Assembly (NCBI GenBank): GCA_009103225.1
Contig: RHPI01001037.1
Span: 1,546,551-1,610,550, forward strand
Length of the DNA stretch: 64,000 bases
Origin: Chlorokybus atmophyticus
Taxonomy: Eukaryota > Plantae > Mesostigma and Chlorokybus algae
Direction of reading: 5' to 3'
Part shown: positions 38,245-52,698 of the stretch, piece by piece
How positions within the stretch are numbered: the stretch's first letter is position 1
Layout of the letters: each line of letters opens with the position of its first letter
Program-made: the position numbers and the translations under genes
The notes under the pieces: generated by a model
The model's input: the letters and a program-made list of their open reading frames with translations, nothing else
Database searches by the model: none
Told to the model about the DNA's origin: nothing

Positions 38245-39484
38245 CGTGTACTCTGGTCTTGATTCGCTGCTATGTAGACGCAGAAGTTCTTAGTTTTCAC
38301 ATGGCAAAGCTAACTAGGCTTGAGTTGTTGGTGCATCCTTCGCAAGTCTTGTGATAAAGCTACTGGAGTCAAAAATATGCTACTATAACAGGCGTTGTTG
38401 ACAAAGAGCTGCTTGTTGCTCCAAGCTCGTGAAGGCTGCGCATGCCAGCAGGATCGTCAGCCATAGGAGGCCATGCAAGTGGGTAACGAGGACGAGGACG
38501 AGGACGAGGATGATGATGAGGTGCATTATGCTGCATTGGTGTTGACGTGTACTCAGCTTAGTGTATACAAAAGATGGTATGCTCGTAGGTTTGCATGCAT
38601 AGTGTCACAAGCATCAGTCATGCATGTTGTGACGCATACCACGCATGCAAGCAGTCAGTGGCAGTCCACCACCGGGCTAAAGCCATGTATATAACCGTTT
38701 AAACGCACACTTTCACCTGTAGTCCACTATTGCACAACCAGGCACAATCGCACAATTACACAATGCAGCCATATCATAGGGAAACGGACGGTTATGCGGT
38801 GAGTATTGCACATGTATTGTTGCACGAGACTGAGCCATGTGCACTCTACAACGTTGTTGCTAAGCATTTCAAGTTGGAGGCTCAAAGAAGAAGCACGCAT
38901 GCGGCATGCAAGCTGGTTCTACAACTACTGTGCATAGGCAGCAAGCTGAAGAGTACTGGTTGTTACTTCATAGGCTCCCCTTGTCAGATACGTAGGCGCA
39001 CCTAATGGCCGCGTTACTCGCTGCATGCAAGAACTATTAGGTCATGTACATTCCACATGGTGAGTAGAGTCAATGTGTATTGGCTGCAAGTTGAAGTTAC
39101 CTTATCTCAAATCTCGCGTGCTTGCTGCGATAGGCATGCTTCTGCCGCGTTTGAACTCAAGTTGTCAGTCATCACTCATGCCAGGCGAAATGTACCAACA
39201 GCTTTGTTTTATTACAAGCGGACAGCTTGATTATGGCATAGGCAGGTATATAAACGCACAGCGCGTAACATTTGCAGGCAGTACGACTGAATGTACACTC
39301 GCATACACAATCTTGGTGCTTCCATAACACCTGCAAAGTCCTTTGTGTACACTTGAGAGGACCGCGCTGATGGGTACGAGTGCTGGAAAAGGGCCAGTAT
39401 GACACCCACTCCATTTTCAACTGCTCCAAGCTTGACAACTCTGCAATGGACCACACATGCAAAATGGCAATCTATACCAAACAA

Positions 39485-42400
39485 TCAGCCTGTCCGAGTC
39501 AAGGCTAACAGCGCTGCATTCCTGCTCAACACAACATCGCGCGCCCGGTCCAACACACTCCTCTGGCTAACAGCAACAGGGGAGAACACGCCAACCACAT
39601 CCAGGCCCTCGATGTGGTTTCTCCCACTTCGCGTGCCGACAATGTTGTCTTGTAGACTTCTGATGGAAGCGAGAAGACTGTCGTCCAGCTGGTTGAGTGT
39701 TGCTGTGAACTTTTTCAACCACTTGTCTGTGCTGATGGAAAGATGCGCTTGCAGCCTCCCTGCCAACTGATCCAAACTGGACGACACTGCCTTCAGCATC
39801 TCATGCAAAGCAGCCTGCAGACTTGGCCCTGAACACAAAGTCACAGAGAAGATTAGTTATCCATGGCAAGGTTGAGTTTCAACACCACAACAGTAACACA
39901 ATGTGCCTAGAGACCGCTGATGAGACTTTAACTGGTAATGATGATGATGCCATGTATCAACTACCTGTTTGGTTGGGCTCTGATTGAGATGTGCTTCCTT
40001 TCTTTTTTTTCTTCCCTTTCAGGCTTGGCTGCAAGGCCCTGCTCCAGGCCTGCGCGCAGAGCAGCAGCCAGGCGGTGTCTTCGTGTGCGTGCCGAGTTAA
40101 CCGTGCCATCACCTCCCCGCACCGCGGTGATACATAAAGGTCAGGCAATGACCCTGGCAAACATGTATATCGATATAGTATGATAAAGTACAACAAGACA
40201 GTTGAGCAGCTCGTTGGTGATTGAACACGCAATATTACGTGCACACACACATAAGTGCATGTATACGTGCGCAATCACACACGCACACGTGCGGGTTTGC
40301 ACCAACACACCCACCTTGTTGTGTTGCTTCACCCAACAATCCGCATAGCAGCTTCGTTTGTTGCGCAAAGGCAGCGTCTACCAATCGCAGGGCTCGTGCA
40401 GCGGTTGTTGCATTCTCAGGGACACTGGGCTCTAAAACACTCTTGAACAAACTAACTCCCGCTGCTAACACTCCCGCAGTCACTGAAGGCTCAGACGCCT
40501 GCTCCTGATCCTGCCAGAGGGTAAATAATTGTCATCATATCTGCCTAGGCAACTTAACACATGCCATACTCCACATGAGCAGGCAACTGCATGCCTGTGC
40601 CTGTTGAAAAGATGCACCAGCACGCACTGATCTGTATAATTCAGCAAGAGTGCATATGTACCCATGATCATCCACCCGTGTGTGTACGCATTGCATGTGT
40701 GAACAAGCCCTATGTACCCATGTATGAATGCATGCAAACACGGACAGGTATACTGTGAACACGAGCGTTTGTGGTAACGAACTGCATCCAGGCACATGTG
40801 TCCGCTTATGATAACATCGGTCATATACCTCGCTCACAGCATTAACAGCCGCCGCAGCATCAAGCGCTGCATCCCGCCTCAACCATTGCTGCAGTGTCTG
40901 AAGCAGCTCTGATAGCGTCTCCAGCTTGCTGCTCTTGCCTTTATCATCATCCACCGCCGCGGTTATGCTCGTGATCAACCACAACATGCGGGGCAAAAGG
41001 CTGCGGCATCGCAACGCTTGTGTGGCTCGGCTCTGCCACGCCTCCTCTGCACATTGGTGTTTGGTTGGTACTCATGATATGCAACTTGCATATTGAGTGG
41101 GTACTTACCCACACATCTGCTCTTATACTTATACCGCATATGCAATTACTACCTCTGCTGTGTGATACGCTTTTCAACTGATGTGCATACCTGAACACAC
41201 ATTGCCGGCTGTGGATGTTAACAGGCTCGCATCTGGGTAAGGATGCCACGCCGCGCGAGTGGTAACATCTTCCGTGAACTCGAGCTGTTGTTGATGACAC
41301 AACGCTTCCGCCTCCCTTCCAAAATCTGCCTCGGCCAACAAAGCTTGCGCCTCTTGCAAACTATGACACCTTTCCTGCAATGGAGTGAATGTTGTCTCGT
41401 AAATACCACACAATGACATGTCAACTTCAGTTGCAGCAGTTGTAAACTCATATGACTCAATTCACGTGTGCTGCAACGTACAAGTATATCATAATCATGC
41501 GTCAAGGCAACACCAAATACACCTGTAGCTTAAGGAGTGTGGACTCCACTACAGCCACAGCGCGCTGGTGCGATCTCTCAAGCAAGCTCTTGAAGTCCAC
41601 AAACTCTTTCACTTTGTTGAAGGAGCCATGCCGGAAGGCCGTCATCACCAGGTCGGCGGCCTCGCGCCGGTGATCGGAGTGGAACTTCATGATGCCCTTA
41701 TGCAAATCTTGAAGATTGCCCCAACTCGCACCCGCTTGCAGCACTGAACACCCACGCACACCCACATAGACACGCAAGAGCACAAAGTAAGAGTCACCTT
41801 CAGACACCTTCACAGCATGCAATAAAGCTGAACATAAGAGAAGAAGATGAGTCTCTCTAACAAGATTACCGGGCAGTATGTGATGGGAGAGGGTGTCAAG
41901 TTGTATGTGTTTGATCTCAAGGGGTTCCCACGTTGCGAGTGCGGGACCAGCCGCGGCAAGGTGTTCGTGGAGGCTGAGCAACGCCAGCCTGAGGACGTAG
42001 TTGTATCTGCTGCGGGCGAGGCCCAGCTGCAGCAACCAAACCGCGGCCAACAAGTACTTGGGCTCCTGATGCCTTATGAGCAGGTCCACCTGGGTCCCAG
42101 TAGTCGTTGAGGATAATGTTGTTGTTGTTGTTGTTGTTGTTCTTGTCGTTGTGGTGGTCGTGAAAGTAGAGTATTGAATACTCATCATGATTAGTACAGT
42201 GGCAACGGTGACCACAATCATGAATGCGATAGTCACCGTCGTCATCACCATGGCGATACACCACCGCCAGTGACACACATCAACACACACTTTCTGTACC
42301 ATGCTGGTGGCGGCAATGGTGATGAGATGGTCCCCGTGGCCGCACTCTCGTTCATCCAGGTCAGCCGAGAGTTCGAGCGTGCGGGTATAGAGCGATAGAA

Positions 42401-45400
42401 GGCCGAACGCCGATACTGCGCCGGAGCGATACAGACCCATTTGCCTCTCCACCTCGCACACGGATATTACCCGCCGAAGGGCCTTGACGTTCAACTCATT
42501 GTCGCCATCAGCGCTGCCTATACGTATTGTTCAAGTTTTGGATCAGGTGCACGACTGCTGTGATCAGTTGTGATTGTGACTGTCTTATGTGGCCAACTCA
42601 ACATACCTGCGAGTTCGTGCAAGACCTTGAGAAGTTGGTCTTTGCTGGCGGTGTCAGTGACAGTCGCCACGGCTCTTTCGCTGTCTTTGCCAAAACTTAC
42701 CAGATGCCCAAACCTGTGTCACATATGTAGTTCAGAACTTTTCCGTCACCACAATTCAACATCATGATTGTGATGTCAGCTACACAAAACATGCCTGCAT
42801 AGCGATGCAATAACACATCACTCCTTCTCATGTGGACATGACATGCGTGTGCATGTGCGTGCGAGCGTGTGCGTGTGTGCGTGCGTGCATGTGAGAGAGA
42901 TTAAGATGCTGACCTAATACATGCACGCGGTTGTATTTGCGCTGCTCTACACACACACATACCTTCTGAAATACACGACAATCGCGTCCACAAGCTCCTG
43001 TTGCCCCGCGCCCTCACACTCAATCCTCCGTTGGCACAGCTCCATCCGCGCCAGGAAGGGCCCGCGCTGTATCTCGTTGCCGCCATCCGCGCGCCGCTGC
43101 AGCTTGTCAACCAACTCCGACGCGGCCGTCCAGGCATCAGTCCCCTGAGCAGAGAGTGTCACATAGTAGCAAATAGCAGTCAGGAAAGTGAGTGCCAGCT
43201 TGCGTGCATGACACAAGCTGAGCGCCTGCTGTCTGCAAGGCAGTTAATCTTCAGGCAGAGAGCTCTCACCCCGTCGCCGTTGACTGTGTCCGTCGAAGGG
43301 CTGACATGATTATTATCTGAGTTGGAGTTGGAGTTTATTGACACCCCTGCCATGCGCGCTGTGATGCTTGGAAGGGTCGAGTCAAAGTAGCCCGTGTATG
43401 CCGACCAGTCATCCAGGCTGCAAGGCATTTGGCACTACCATCGCAGAATGCACAGCTGCTGACTTTCAAATCAATGCTTGACCAGACTCACTCACTTGAT
43501 GTCAAGAAGTTTGGCATATGTTGCGGCAGCTTCAGCCTGCTTACCCAACTGGACTTGCAACGAGGTCTGCATGACACAAGGTGCTTCTTATCATACGCTT
43601 TCTTCAAAGGTTGCAGGCAACTCAGTAGTTGTATGTTGCGATTGTCTCACTTGGACGCGAAGCCGATCAACTTGGATGCTAAACAGCGACCCGAGCTGCT
43701 CCACCGTGCTCAACGCTTCCTTCAGCTTGCCGGAAGCCTTCAGGATGTCCAGATAGACAAGCAGGGCTGTGTGGAGTGAAGTGCGTTACTAACACATTGA
43801 CTCAACCAGAATGCCGACGTAGTGCGCTGGTAAGCCCCTCCCGCATCACACCTCAAAGAAAAGGGTGCATTACACTGTGTTAGCTGCAGTTCCTGCTTCT
43901 GCCGGTGCTTCCTCACCATTGTCTCAGCCAGCTGCAACGGGCGCACGTCTCCCGCTGACCCTGCCTACCAAGACATCACACGTTCAAGATGTGCTACCAC
44001 TCTTGTGCTGCTATGTATACAATGGGACTTGCATCAAATCACACAGTTCTTAGTCCCAAAGCCAACATGCTTGGCCACCATGTTAACAAGCACCACCTCT
44101 TACGCTCTTGTTCCCACCCAAGGAGATCGACCAACCCTACCCCCGCGCACTCACAGGCACACGCACAGGCTCGAGCACACCACAGTTGCAGCTGCTTGCC
44201 TCAAGAAACGCAGACGTCACGGCCCACATGAGGTGCTGCTCGTCTGGTTTGATGCGGTAGAGTTTCAGCGCAGCCAGCTGCATGTCGCGAAACCGATACT
44301 GTCGCAGATACGCTTGGAACAATCTCGATATCAGGTCCGCGTCACCCGGGTTCACCTTTGACACCTGCTCCATGCAGTCTGTCGCTTGCTGCACTGCATA
44401 CCACACATTCCATCTGTTGCAGCTACTTTGTTCTACAACTCAAGATGGCAGGTTCGCCGATAATGCACATACGGCCATAACGAGGAAACATACACAGACT
44501 CAAGTTTGCTTATGATAGCACATAAATGGGTACATGCATGTATGCATGCACGCACGCGCACGCGTGTGCATGATAACATGCATGCATGCATGGGTGCATG
44601 CGCGCAGGCCCCCTTGCATGTGCACGCCTACACATATATGTGCCTGCGTGCGTGCAGTTTGCGTACAGTGGCCAGTGGCTTTGTAGACCAGTAGCAGAGT
44701 GTTCAGGATGTGCTCGTTTGAGGGGTTCAGCCCGCGCACCTCCTCGCACAGCGCAAAGGCCTCTTCTGGCTTGCCTGATCTCTCCAACACCAGCGCCCGA
44801 AGCGCCTGCAAGAATTACAACAACTTGATCTTTGCGTCCACTGAAGACATGCAGTATCCTGAATTGTGCGAGTTGTCGATTGAGCGCAAGCAATCAATTC
44901 TATAACTGATAGACTTGACACCAGGAATGCCTCTATTAGCAATGGCATGCGTGTTCACAGATTGAGATTGGCCAATCCTCGCTAAGTACACAGCCAATGT
45001 GTTGATGCTGCAATTATTCACGATTTGCGATCATGCAGTGCAGACTGCACGAGCAAGCTGTTAACAATACACCCTGGAGCTTCTTGCACATGTGGCAGCA
45101 AGCCTAGCTGGGATGACTTCTTGCTTATAGGTACCAATAATCATAAACAACACATGCCAAGGCGAACTAACATCAGGGAGCTAGACAATCATGACACCAA
45201 CGCTCACTCTGGTTCCAACACCAAGACAACAGGGCAGCAAATTGAACAAACAGCTGTAAGCCTGACGACTTGTCTGCTGGGAAGATGAAGCCAAGTAAGC
45301 AAGTAAACCCGCCTCGCCATGCATTGGCATGCATGGCTTAGTCGCAGTACAACGCGAAAGGGAGATGGCTGACAAAAACCGCAGACGTGTAACACAGAGT

Positions 45401-45565
45401 TACAGAGTGACCAGGGTGTATTACCCTGATGAGGCCGGAGGCGTCGCCGTGCTTGCGATCATGCTGGGCCATGAGCTTCAGCGCCAACTTGTTGTTGCCC
45501 GCGTCAATGGCCTCGTACACCGGCCTCACCCGCCTCTCCTCCACTGCCGCCGCCGCCTCCGCCAT
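39485..45565 (-). CDS. NAA25: NatB auxiliary subunit NAA25/MDM20 (TPR protein), multi-exon
   Basis: MAEAAAAVEERRVRPVYEAIDAGNNKLALKL; ALRALVLERSGKPEEAFALC; LFQAYLRQYRFRDMQLAALKLYR..HLMWAVTS; RGPFLARMEL; NYVLRLALLSLHEHLAAAGPALATWEPLEIKHIQLDTLSHH; AFRHGSFNKVKEF. Last exon inferred to end at 39485. Confidence 0.9.
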
Positions 45566-46298
45566 GGCTGCACGACCACCACGTCCGCGTGCACAACGAC
45601 GAAGACGGCCGCAACGTGCTGCGTTGAACCGCCGCCTCCTGGGCGGCGGCGGCGAGGTCGGCCGCAAGGAAGAAAGTTGGCACTAGCGTATGTGACGTTA
45701 CTACAGTGAGCAATCAGCAGCCAGGCTTGGCAGCTGAGGCACACCGCATTGTACTTAGGACACTGCTCGTTGCTTGCTAAAAAGTGACTGAGCTACTATA
45801 TACAGCAAGGACAGGTGCGCGGATGCACAGAGCACCATGGGACCAACAGGCTGCTTGAAACAGAACAGACACAAGTCACAACACAAACACAGACGCGCAC
45901 ATCCACAGACTTGTCAGAGCATGCGAGGAAGTCAGCGGGCAGCTGATTGACTCGTATGCAACTCGTCTTGAATGGCAAGCACTCCCAGTGTGACGCAGCT
46001 GGCTGCGTGTCAAAGCGCACATGCACAAATGTGTTGGGCCTGCCTAGATAGAAAGCCACCAGAATAAGCCGTACTAAATGCTTATGAGAGAGAGCTGCGT
46101 CAGGCCTGCATAGATAGAAAGATGTAGCTGTATTTACCCAGACAATCATGGCAAAGGCGTCATGAACATGAAACAAAACTGCCAGTGGGGTGCATTCCGG
46201 GGAAGTGCGCAAATCAAAAATGAATGGTGGGGGCGAAGCGTGCTCGTGCGGTTTATCCGTAGCGAAGCTAAGCTTAGGAGCTACTGTATAGGAGCTGC

Positions 46299-49200
46299 TT
46301 AGGGGCTGACGGGCTTGCTTGCGGCCTTCTTCTTCGGTTTTGCCTTCTTCTTCGGTGAGGCCAGCGACATGCCGAGGCCTTGCGGGGCGCCGTTGGACTC
46401 GTGGTCGCTACCGCTGCCATTGGCGAGCTTCGGCGAGACCTCGACGGGTGAAGTTGGGTCGACAGCGGACGGCTCCTTGTTGTTGTTTGGGGGAAGCACA
46501 GGCTCGAGCTTGCCCGCCGCTGCCGACATGTTGCCGTTGATAAACTGCAGGAGGTCCTCCACAGATGACAGGTCCTGCGAGCCACTCGTGCTCGGCGTGT
46601 TGCTCGACGAGGCCCCGCTCGCAGACTCGCCTTTGCGGCGCGCGCTCGAAGCCTTCCTGTCATCCAGCTTGCGACGCCCACCTTGCGCCATGCCCGCGGC
46701 CTGAGCCCCACGCAAACCAACCAGACCACCTGCGGGGAACAACATGTCATTTGCGAGCGCACACCATGAGGTCTCATTACATTGCTGAAGCGCATGCAGA
46801 CATGTACGGTACCTGGAATGCCCAGGTTGCGCAAAGCAGCTGCCGCCTGTGCCTGTGTGGGCAGCTGTCCGCTCTTGCTTGCAGCTGCCAGGAGCGCTTG
46901 GTTCTTCTTGAACGTTGCCTGCCACAATCACAGCATTCAGCAAATGCGATACACTATGAACAAACATGTGCAGCGAAGAACAAAAGCCAACCTGCAGGTC
47001 TTTCATGGCAAACTGCTTCAGGAGGTACAGCGAGTCCCGAGTGCGTGGATCCTCTTCGCCCAGCTTGGCCTTGAGAATGGAGTGGCAGCTTCGCTCGTGC
47101 TGCAAGGCACAAAGCATGCAAGTGAGCAAGAGCCCAGCGCAGTGCTCATACAACTTGACATGACAAGTAGAAGGCACCAACCTGCAAGGACAGCTTAAAG
47201 GCGCCCATGGCATTGAAAGCCACAGCAAGGGCGTGGTAGCAGACAGCGGTCTGGATGTGATCCTTGCCGAGGAGGCGTTCATTGCGCTTGAGGGCCTCTT
47301 GCAAGTAGCGCAGGGCGACGTTCAGGTTGCCGACTTCCTGGTACATCATTGCCACATTGATGAATGTGGATGCGCAGTCCGGATGCTCAGCTTGACATAT
47401 CAGGGTGAGGACTTGCACAGCTCGTCGCATGTGCAGCAGCGCCAGCTTGGACTTGCTTATGCCGTGGTAGAAAAGCGCCATGTTGCCATAGCTGCGACAT
47501 GCATAGCATCAGCGACATGCTTGTCTTGATGCATAGCACTGCGCACGGCCTAACACAAACCACAACTAATGACACCATGCGCCAGGATGAAGGCACATAC
47601 CTGTGTGCTGTTTCTGGATGATCAAGACCCAGAATGCGTTCATTGATGAGCAGCTCTTTCTGCTGAAACTGAATGGCCTCATCCCAGTTGCCTGCCTGGT
47701 AATGCACCATGGCAAGGTAGCGGCAGCAGGTGGCGACCTCCTTGTGCAAAGGCCCGCAGACCTGCTGCAAGATACTGAACGCTTCCGAGAACAACTCATA
47801 CGCATCCTGAAGGCCGCCCTGTGCCAGCTTGGCTTTGCCCGTCTCCAGCAACTCATGCGCATCAACAGAACCCGGCGCAGTGTGCTTGGTAATGGGGGCC
47901 AGGTTACGTATATCATCGGGAGAGAAGGGCTTCTCCGCATCAAATGAGTATGGTCGAGCGGCTACTGTAATGCCAACCTGCAACACAACCATCATCAGCA
48001 CATGTAATTGATACGACCTCTGTGTCATCGTGATTGCACAGGCAGCTGCCTAGAACTGGTAGCTGCAATATGCAGCTGCCAGTTATGGGCAGCAGCATGT
48101 GCCCATATCTGGCACACTACTCACCGCAAGGCAAAGTGAGCGCAATGCGGCTGTCTTGGGTAATCGGCTCCTTGCATCTTCTGCAAGCTCGAACTGGTAG
48201 CGCTTCTGTACGCCATCCGTGATTGACTGCCACAGGCTGCTGGCAGTCAGCTCGAACGCGGGTCCCGACAAGGGATTGACTGGCGCAAGCTCTGTGTGCG
48301 AGTGCTGGACTTCTGTTGCTGGTGGTGCTTCTTTCATGCTCTCCTCTGTCGCCTCCGCACTGGAAGCAGCGGCTGCCTTCTTCTTCTTCTTCTTGCTCTT
48401 GGTTGAGGGTGACAGAACCTCTTCAGCGGGAGCTGTTGGCGAGGTCGCCATAGGAGAAGTTGGGGCAGTGGGTGCAAGGCCGAATAGGCAGTTCAAGAAG
48501 TGACTGATGGCGGCATTGAGCACGCTATCCTCTGCTGAGCGAAGCACGGAGTTTAATTCATGCTTCGCTGTGCGCACAACCATCTCCGTGACACACAGGT
48601 CATGAATGTGTGGTAAATCTGCAGTTTGCTTGGCAATGTGGCCAAGGTAGCGCATGTTGATGCCAGTGTTGTGCATGGCATCGCTGAGCATCAGCCCGTC
48701 GAGTGGCGAGACGTCGGTGGAGTGGAGGTCAGCCACAAACTTGGGCAGCACGGTGTCCTTCAGATGGGCGGACGCCTCGCGCACAAGGACCTCATCAGCT
48801 GCAATTGCCTCCGGAGGGCCTCCAAGTTTGCACTCAGACAGCGCATTGGGGTTGAGGAGAACCATCTGCTGCTCAGCCGGAGCCCCTTCAGCAGCAGATT
48901 CATCCGTCCCTGCTGCGGTCTTCTTTGCATCTGATGCCTCAGCGGACTCTACGGCTGTGAACTCTGAGCCTTGCAGCTTCTTCTGGCAGTAACTCTCCAC
49001 CAGCTCAGGCCGCAGCGTGGAGTACCTGTGCGCTTCCCCTTCAAAGTTGAGGTCCCTCGGTGTCATGCGGAACAAGTCCAGTACATAGTACCGCTCGTCG
49101 CTTCCAATGATGCCTTTGCACTCCAACGGAGCAGCAAGCTTCACCTCTTTGGCCTCCCCATCCAGTACCGTGTGCTCAGCGATGTGCAGGGCTTTAGTGG

Positions 49201-51947
49201 CACTCAACACCTTCTCGTGGAATTTTTCATTCCACGCAATGTGCTTGCCATTGTCAACTGAGCCATACTGCAGGGCTGCTGTTTTGTCACCATACAGAAT
49301 GCCGGGTATGATGCTCTGCGCGATGACCCTGAAGCCACGATAATCGACAATCGCTTGAGCCAAAGTGCAGAGTCCAGCGCTGTCCACCTTATTGAGCAAA
49401 CGAACACCCCTCAAGTCATTATTGGCTGATGCGTATGTTGCCTGTTCACCTTCCAGAGCCCCCTGCAACCGGCATGCTTTGGTTTAACCAACTGGCCGCT
49501 AACAACTATGTAAGAACCTGTTCATGCAGTTTACAGCGGACAGTGTGAGCCCTTACCTGAACAACGGCAACCAGTGTGCTCTGTGGCTCAACCTCTGTCT
49601 TGGGAGGATCAAGTCCTGCGGCAATCGCCTCAGCTTGCTTTGCAGCACAGAGCGCGCATGTTGCTTCATGTGGAGGAGGAGGAGGAGGTGGCGGCATGCT
49701 GCTGTCGACAGCAAAGCTAAAGAAGATGCCGTTGTACACGTACATGTGAAATCGCTCTGGGTCTGTTGCAGTGCACCAACACGCATTAGTGTCAAGGCCA
49801 ACTTTATTCCAACTTTCGAATATGAAATATCCTTTTGTACATGTTTGAGAGACTTGCAAAAACATGCTTCCTTGGGCAACACAACTCTACATGACAACAA
49901 AAATGTTGCTCATGTAACTACCTGCAGCATTGACAGGAGGCAGGCATCTATCAATGACTGCCTTGGCTCCTTTCTCCGCAGCTTCAATGAAATCGCAATG
50001 CACCTTGTATAAGGCCCGATCCCGCACAATCCGATCCTGTGTAGAGGTTGACACAATGGATCAATGAGCAAGCCACACATGTTGTGAAGATCGACCGAGA
50101 CCGTAGTATAACGGAATATAACAGTTGGCATGACCAAGCCCACAACTACCTGCAGTGTTTCCTTAGGGAGTTCCCGTATACTCTGATACTCCTCGTTCCA
50201 GTCCCGCGCTATGCCAGAAACATCAGCGCCATGCGGTGCGATCAAGCTATCTTCTGCACGCGACTCATCAGGCCTGTGCGGTGGCGGCGGGAAGCGCTCC
50301 AACCACTGCTTGGGTGGCAGTGGAACTGCGATGCTCTCAAAAGGATGCCCAGCTGCTTTGTGCTCCAAGAGTTTGGCAAAATTGGCACTGAAGCCGGGGC
50401 TTGCTGCGCGCAAGAGTCCAACGAGTGTAGAGGACTGGCAGGAGTTTTCTGCTGGAGCCGGATCGAAAACGCTCTTCGTTGAACCATTGACAAAGTAGCC
50501 ACGCGTGTGCGCAGTAATGCACACGGTATCACCCTCCACTGTCACAGCATCAAGATACAGCAGATCTCCAGCAAGGCGCCGGTACGAGGGCACTGGGTTC
50601 CACCATGAGTAAGCGATGCTCTGGATGCAGACATCAACGCTTGGAGGTAGAGCTGGTGCAATTGCAGGGAGCAAGCTGGTGCTTTCAGATAAGAAGCTGA
50701 GATCGTCAAGCTCTGGAATGGGTGGCACTGCCTTCTTCTTCGGTTCGTCTTTGGCATCTGCTGCCTTGGGCTCCTCAGCAGGTTCAGCAGTTGTGATCTG
50801 TGTCGAAACAGACACATGCACATTGTCCATATACAGAAGGTCCCTTAACCGCCTCAAGTGGTTGCGTGAAGACCTTTCATCGTAGATACCTGCAAAACAA
50901 CACCACCGATTTATATTATATTATAATATGGAACAACTACCGGTTCATGGGTGAATACCATTGTTAGGAGGATAGGAACCAATAACAATGCTGAGCAAGC
51001 AGCACATCTGACAGCATGCCTTCAACATGACATGCCAAACATTTGACTGTTGTTTGGCCATTGCTGCCTTTGATAGGCACACGGCTTACCATCACTCATC
51101 TGAAGCGCATAGCCACCAGCGGCAATATTAGCCACTTCGCCAAGCTCAACATACTCGTTGATGAGAGGTATCTTGTTACCATCTGGCGTGAGTAATGCAA
51201 GATCATAGCTAGTATAAAAGCACGTATCCAGAGCATCCGCTAGGAACTGCCGTAGATCCATAACTGTGTCTGCAGGATGGACCTGGCCGACAAAGCCAAC
51301 GCTCAGTTCTTGACGACCAATGTCGTGGTAGACCATGCATGCATGTCATCAAGGTACATTACTGAACACCACGTGCATGCGACAGTATACCGAAAGTACC
51401 TGCAGCTCCATTTCCTGCTTTGCAGGGGTAAACACCTTGATCGGATGCAGCTCCTCTGCAACAAGGCAAGGCATAAGGTTCACAAGCATGCACATTGAAG
51501 CCAGACATGTTCATGCTGGCCTGACCACAACTGTTCTTCTTTAGCTGCGATGGCAGTGAAACTGCTTGGAACCAGGGACAATTCTTAACATGTTCAGTAT
51601 CCTACACATTGGAGTGCAACACTACCATCAAACTCTGGAGGTGCATCAGCTGGCGGCTGTGCTGCCACCACGGTTCCATCAGCGGACGGCTGCGCCTCAG
51701 AACTGGCGGTCTCAGTGGTGGATTCGTCTGCAGGTGGCTGCGCAGCCTCCTCCGTCGCTGAGGCCTGCTCTTCAGCCTGAGGCTTAGCATCCTCGCTTGG
51801 GGCAGCAGCTGCTACTGGTGCATCAGCAATTGGCGCAGCTGTCGCTTCAGTAGCCTTTTCTTCAGTGATTGGTTGCTCCTGCTCTGTCGCCTGCGGCTTT
51901 TGTGCCGAGGCAGCAGCTGACTTGGCAGCCTTCGCCTTTTTGGCCAT
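46299..51947 (-). CDS. CLU: Clustered mitochondria protein (CLU/CLUH/FRIENDLY), multi-exon, with a probable 5'UTR intron
   Basis: PADTVMDLRQFL..TCFYTSYDL; SWWNPVPSYRRLAGDLLYL; RDWNEEYQSIRELP; YVYNGIFFSFAVD; ANNDLRGV..AIVDYRGFRVIAQSIIPGIL; CKGIIGSDERYYVLDLFRMTPRD; HNTGINMRYLG; TPR repeats (ERILGLDHPETAH, ERLLGKDHIQTA). Confidence 0.96.
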
Positions 51948-52689
51948 AGTCGCGTGCTTGCGGAGACTTTCAGCAATCAGCTGCGATGTCGCAAGTAAGA
52001 ACGAGGACTGACCCTTCAGACTGTGCAATGCAACACCAGAACACAACATGTCACCATCAAATGCATGTCGTACAAGAAGTGTGCACCGCCTACAGAGGCA
52101 TGGCATGCAATTTGCATTGCTCAGAATGCATAGTAATCTACGCATATAGAAACTCTCTTTCGGGGTGCAGAGTATGCGGATGCGCGTCTAATGCGACTTG
52201 ACCACAAGAAACGCGCTTGCAATGCAGCGTCTTGTGTACTAACTGAACAGCTCCATTCATCCAAGACGCAATCGATTAAGGAAGAAAATGCCACTTGTCA
52301 GTGACACAGCTCGTAAAGCACTATTAACACACACACCGTCGACCAGAGCGCGGCATTCGGCCGACGACTGAATGAAGCTTCGGTGGTGAATTATACTCAA
52401 TTGTACGGCAAACTGTCAGAAAATGCCATGCAATAAGGGAATAAGTTCAATGCATGTCATAAGTAGGCAGCGCTCAGCTGCACTGTGTGTATGTGTAGGC
52501 TTGTTGTCAAGCTGCAGACCTGCTGGCTGACAGCATGAGCTCCAGCGGCGGAGCAAGCAACCAGCCGTCAGCGAGACACAGCTGGACACCGAGCAGCCTA
52601 TCGGCCGCCGAACCAGGACACCGCCTCCGTCTCCACCACGTCCACCACCGCCGCCGCCGCCACCGCGTTATCCAGATCCAGCGGCGTTT

Positions 52690-52698
52690 TTAGGGTTT
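52690..52698 (-). promoter_or_regulatory. Telo-box AAACCCTAA at the probable CLU transcription start
   Basis: Exact 9-mer heading a GC-rich leader; a minus-strand donor near 52517 and an acceptor near 51983 suggest a 5'UTR intron. Confidence 0.4.

Noticed and set aside
38484-38520. Acidic EDEDEDEDDDE stretch
   Set aside because: A simple (GACGAG)/(GAT) repeat without supporting gene context.
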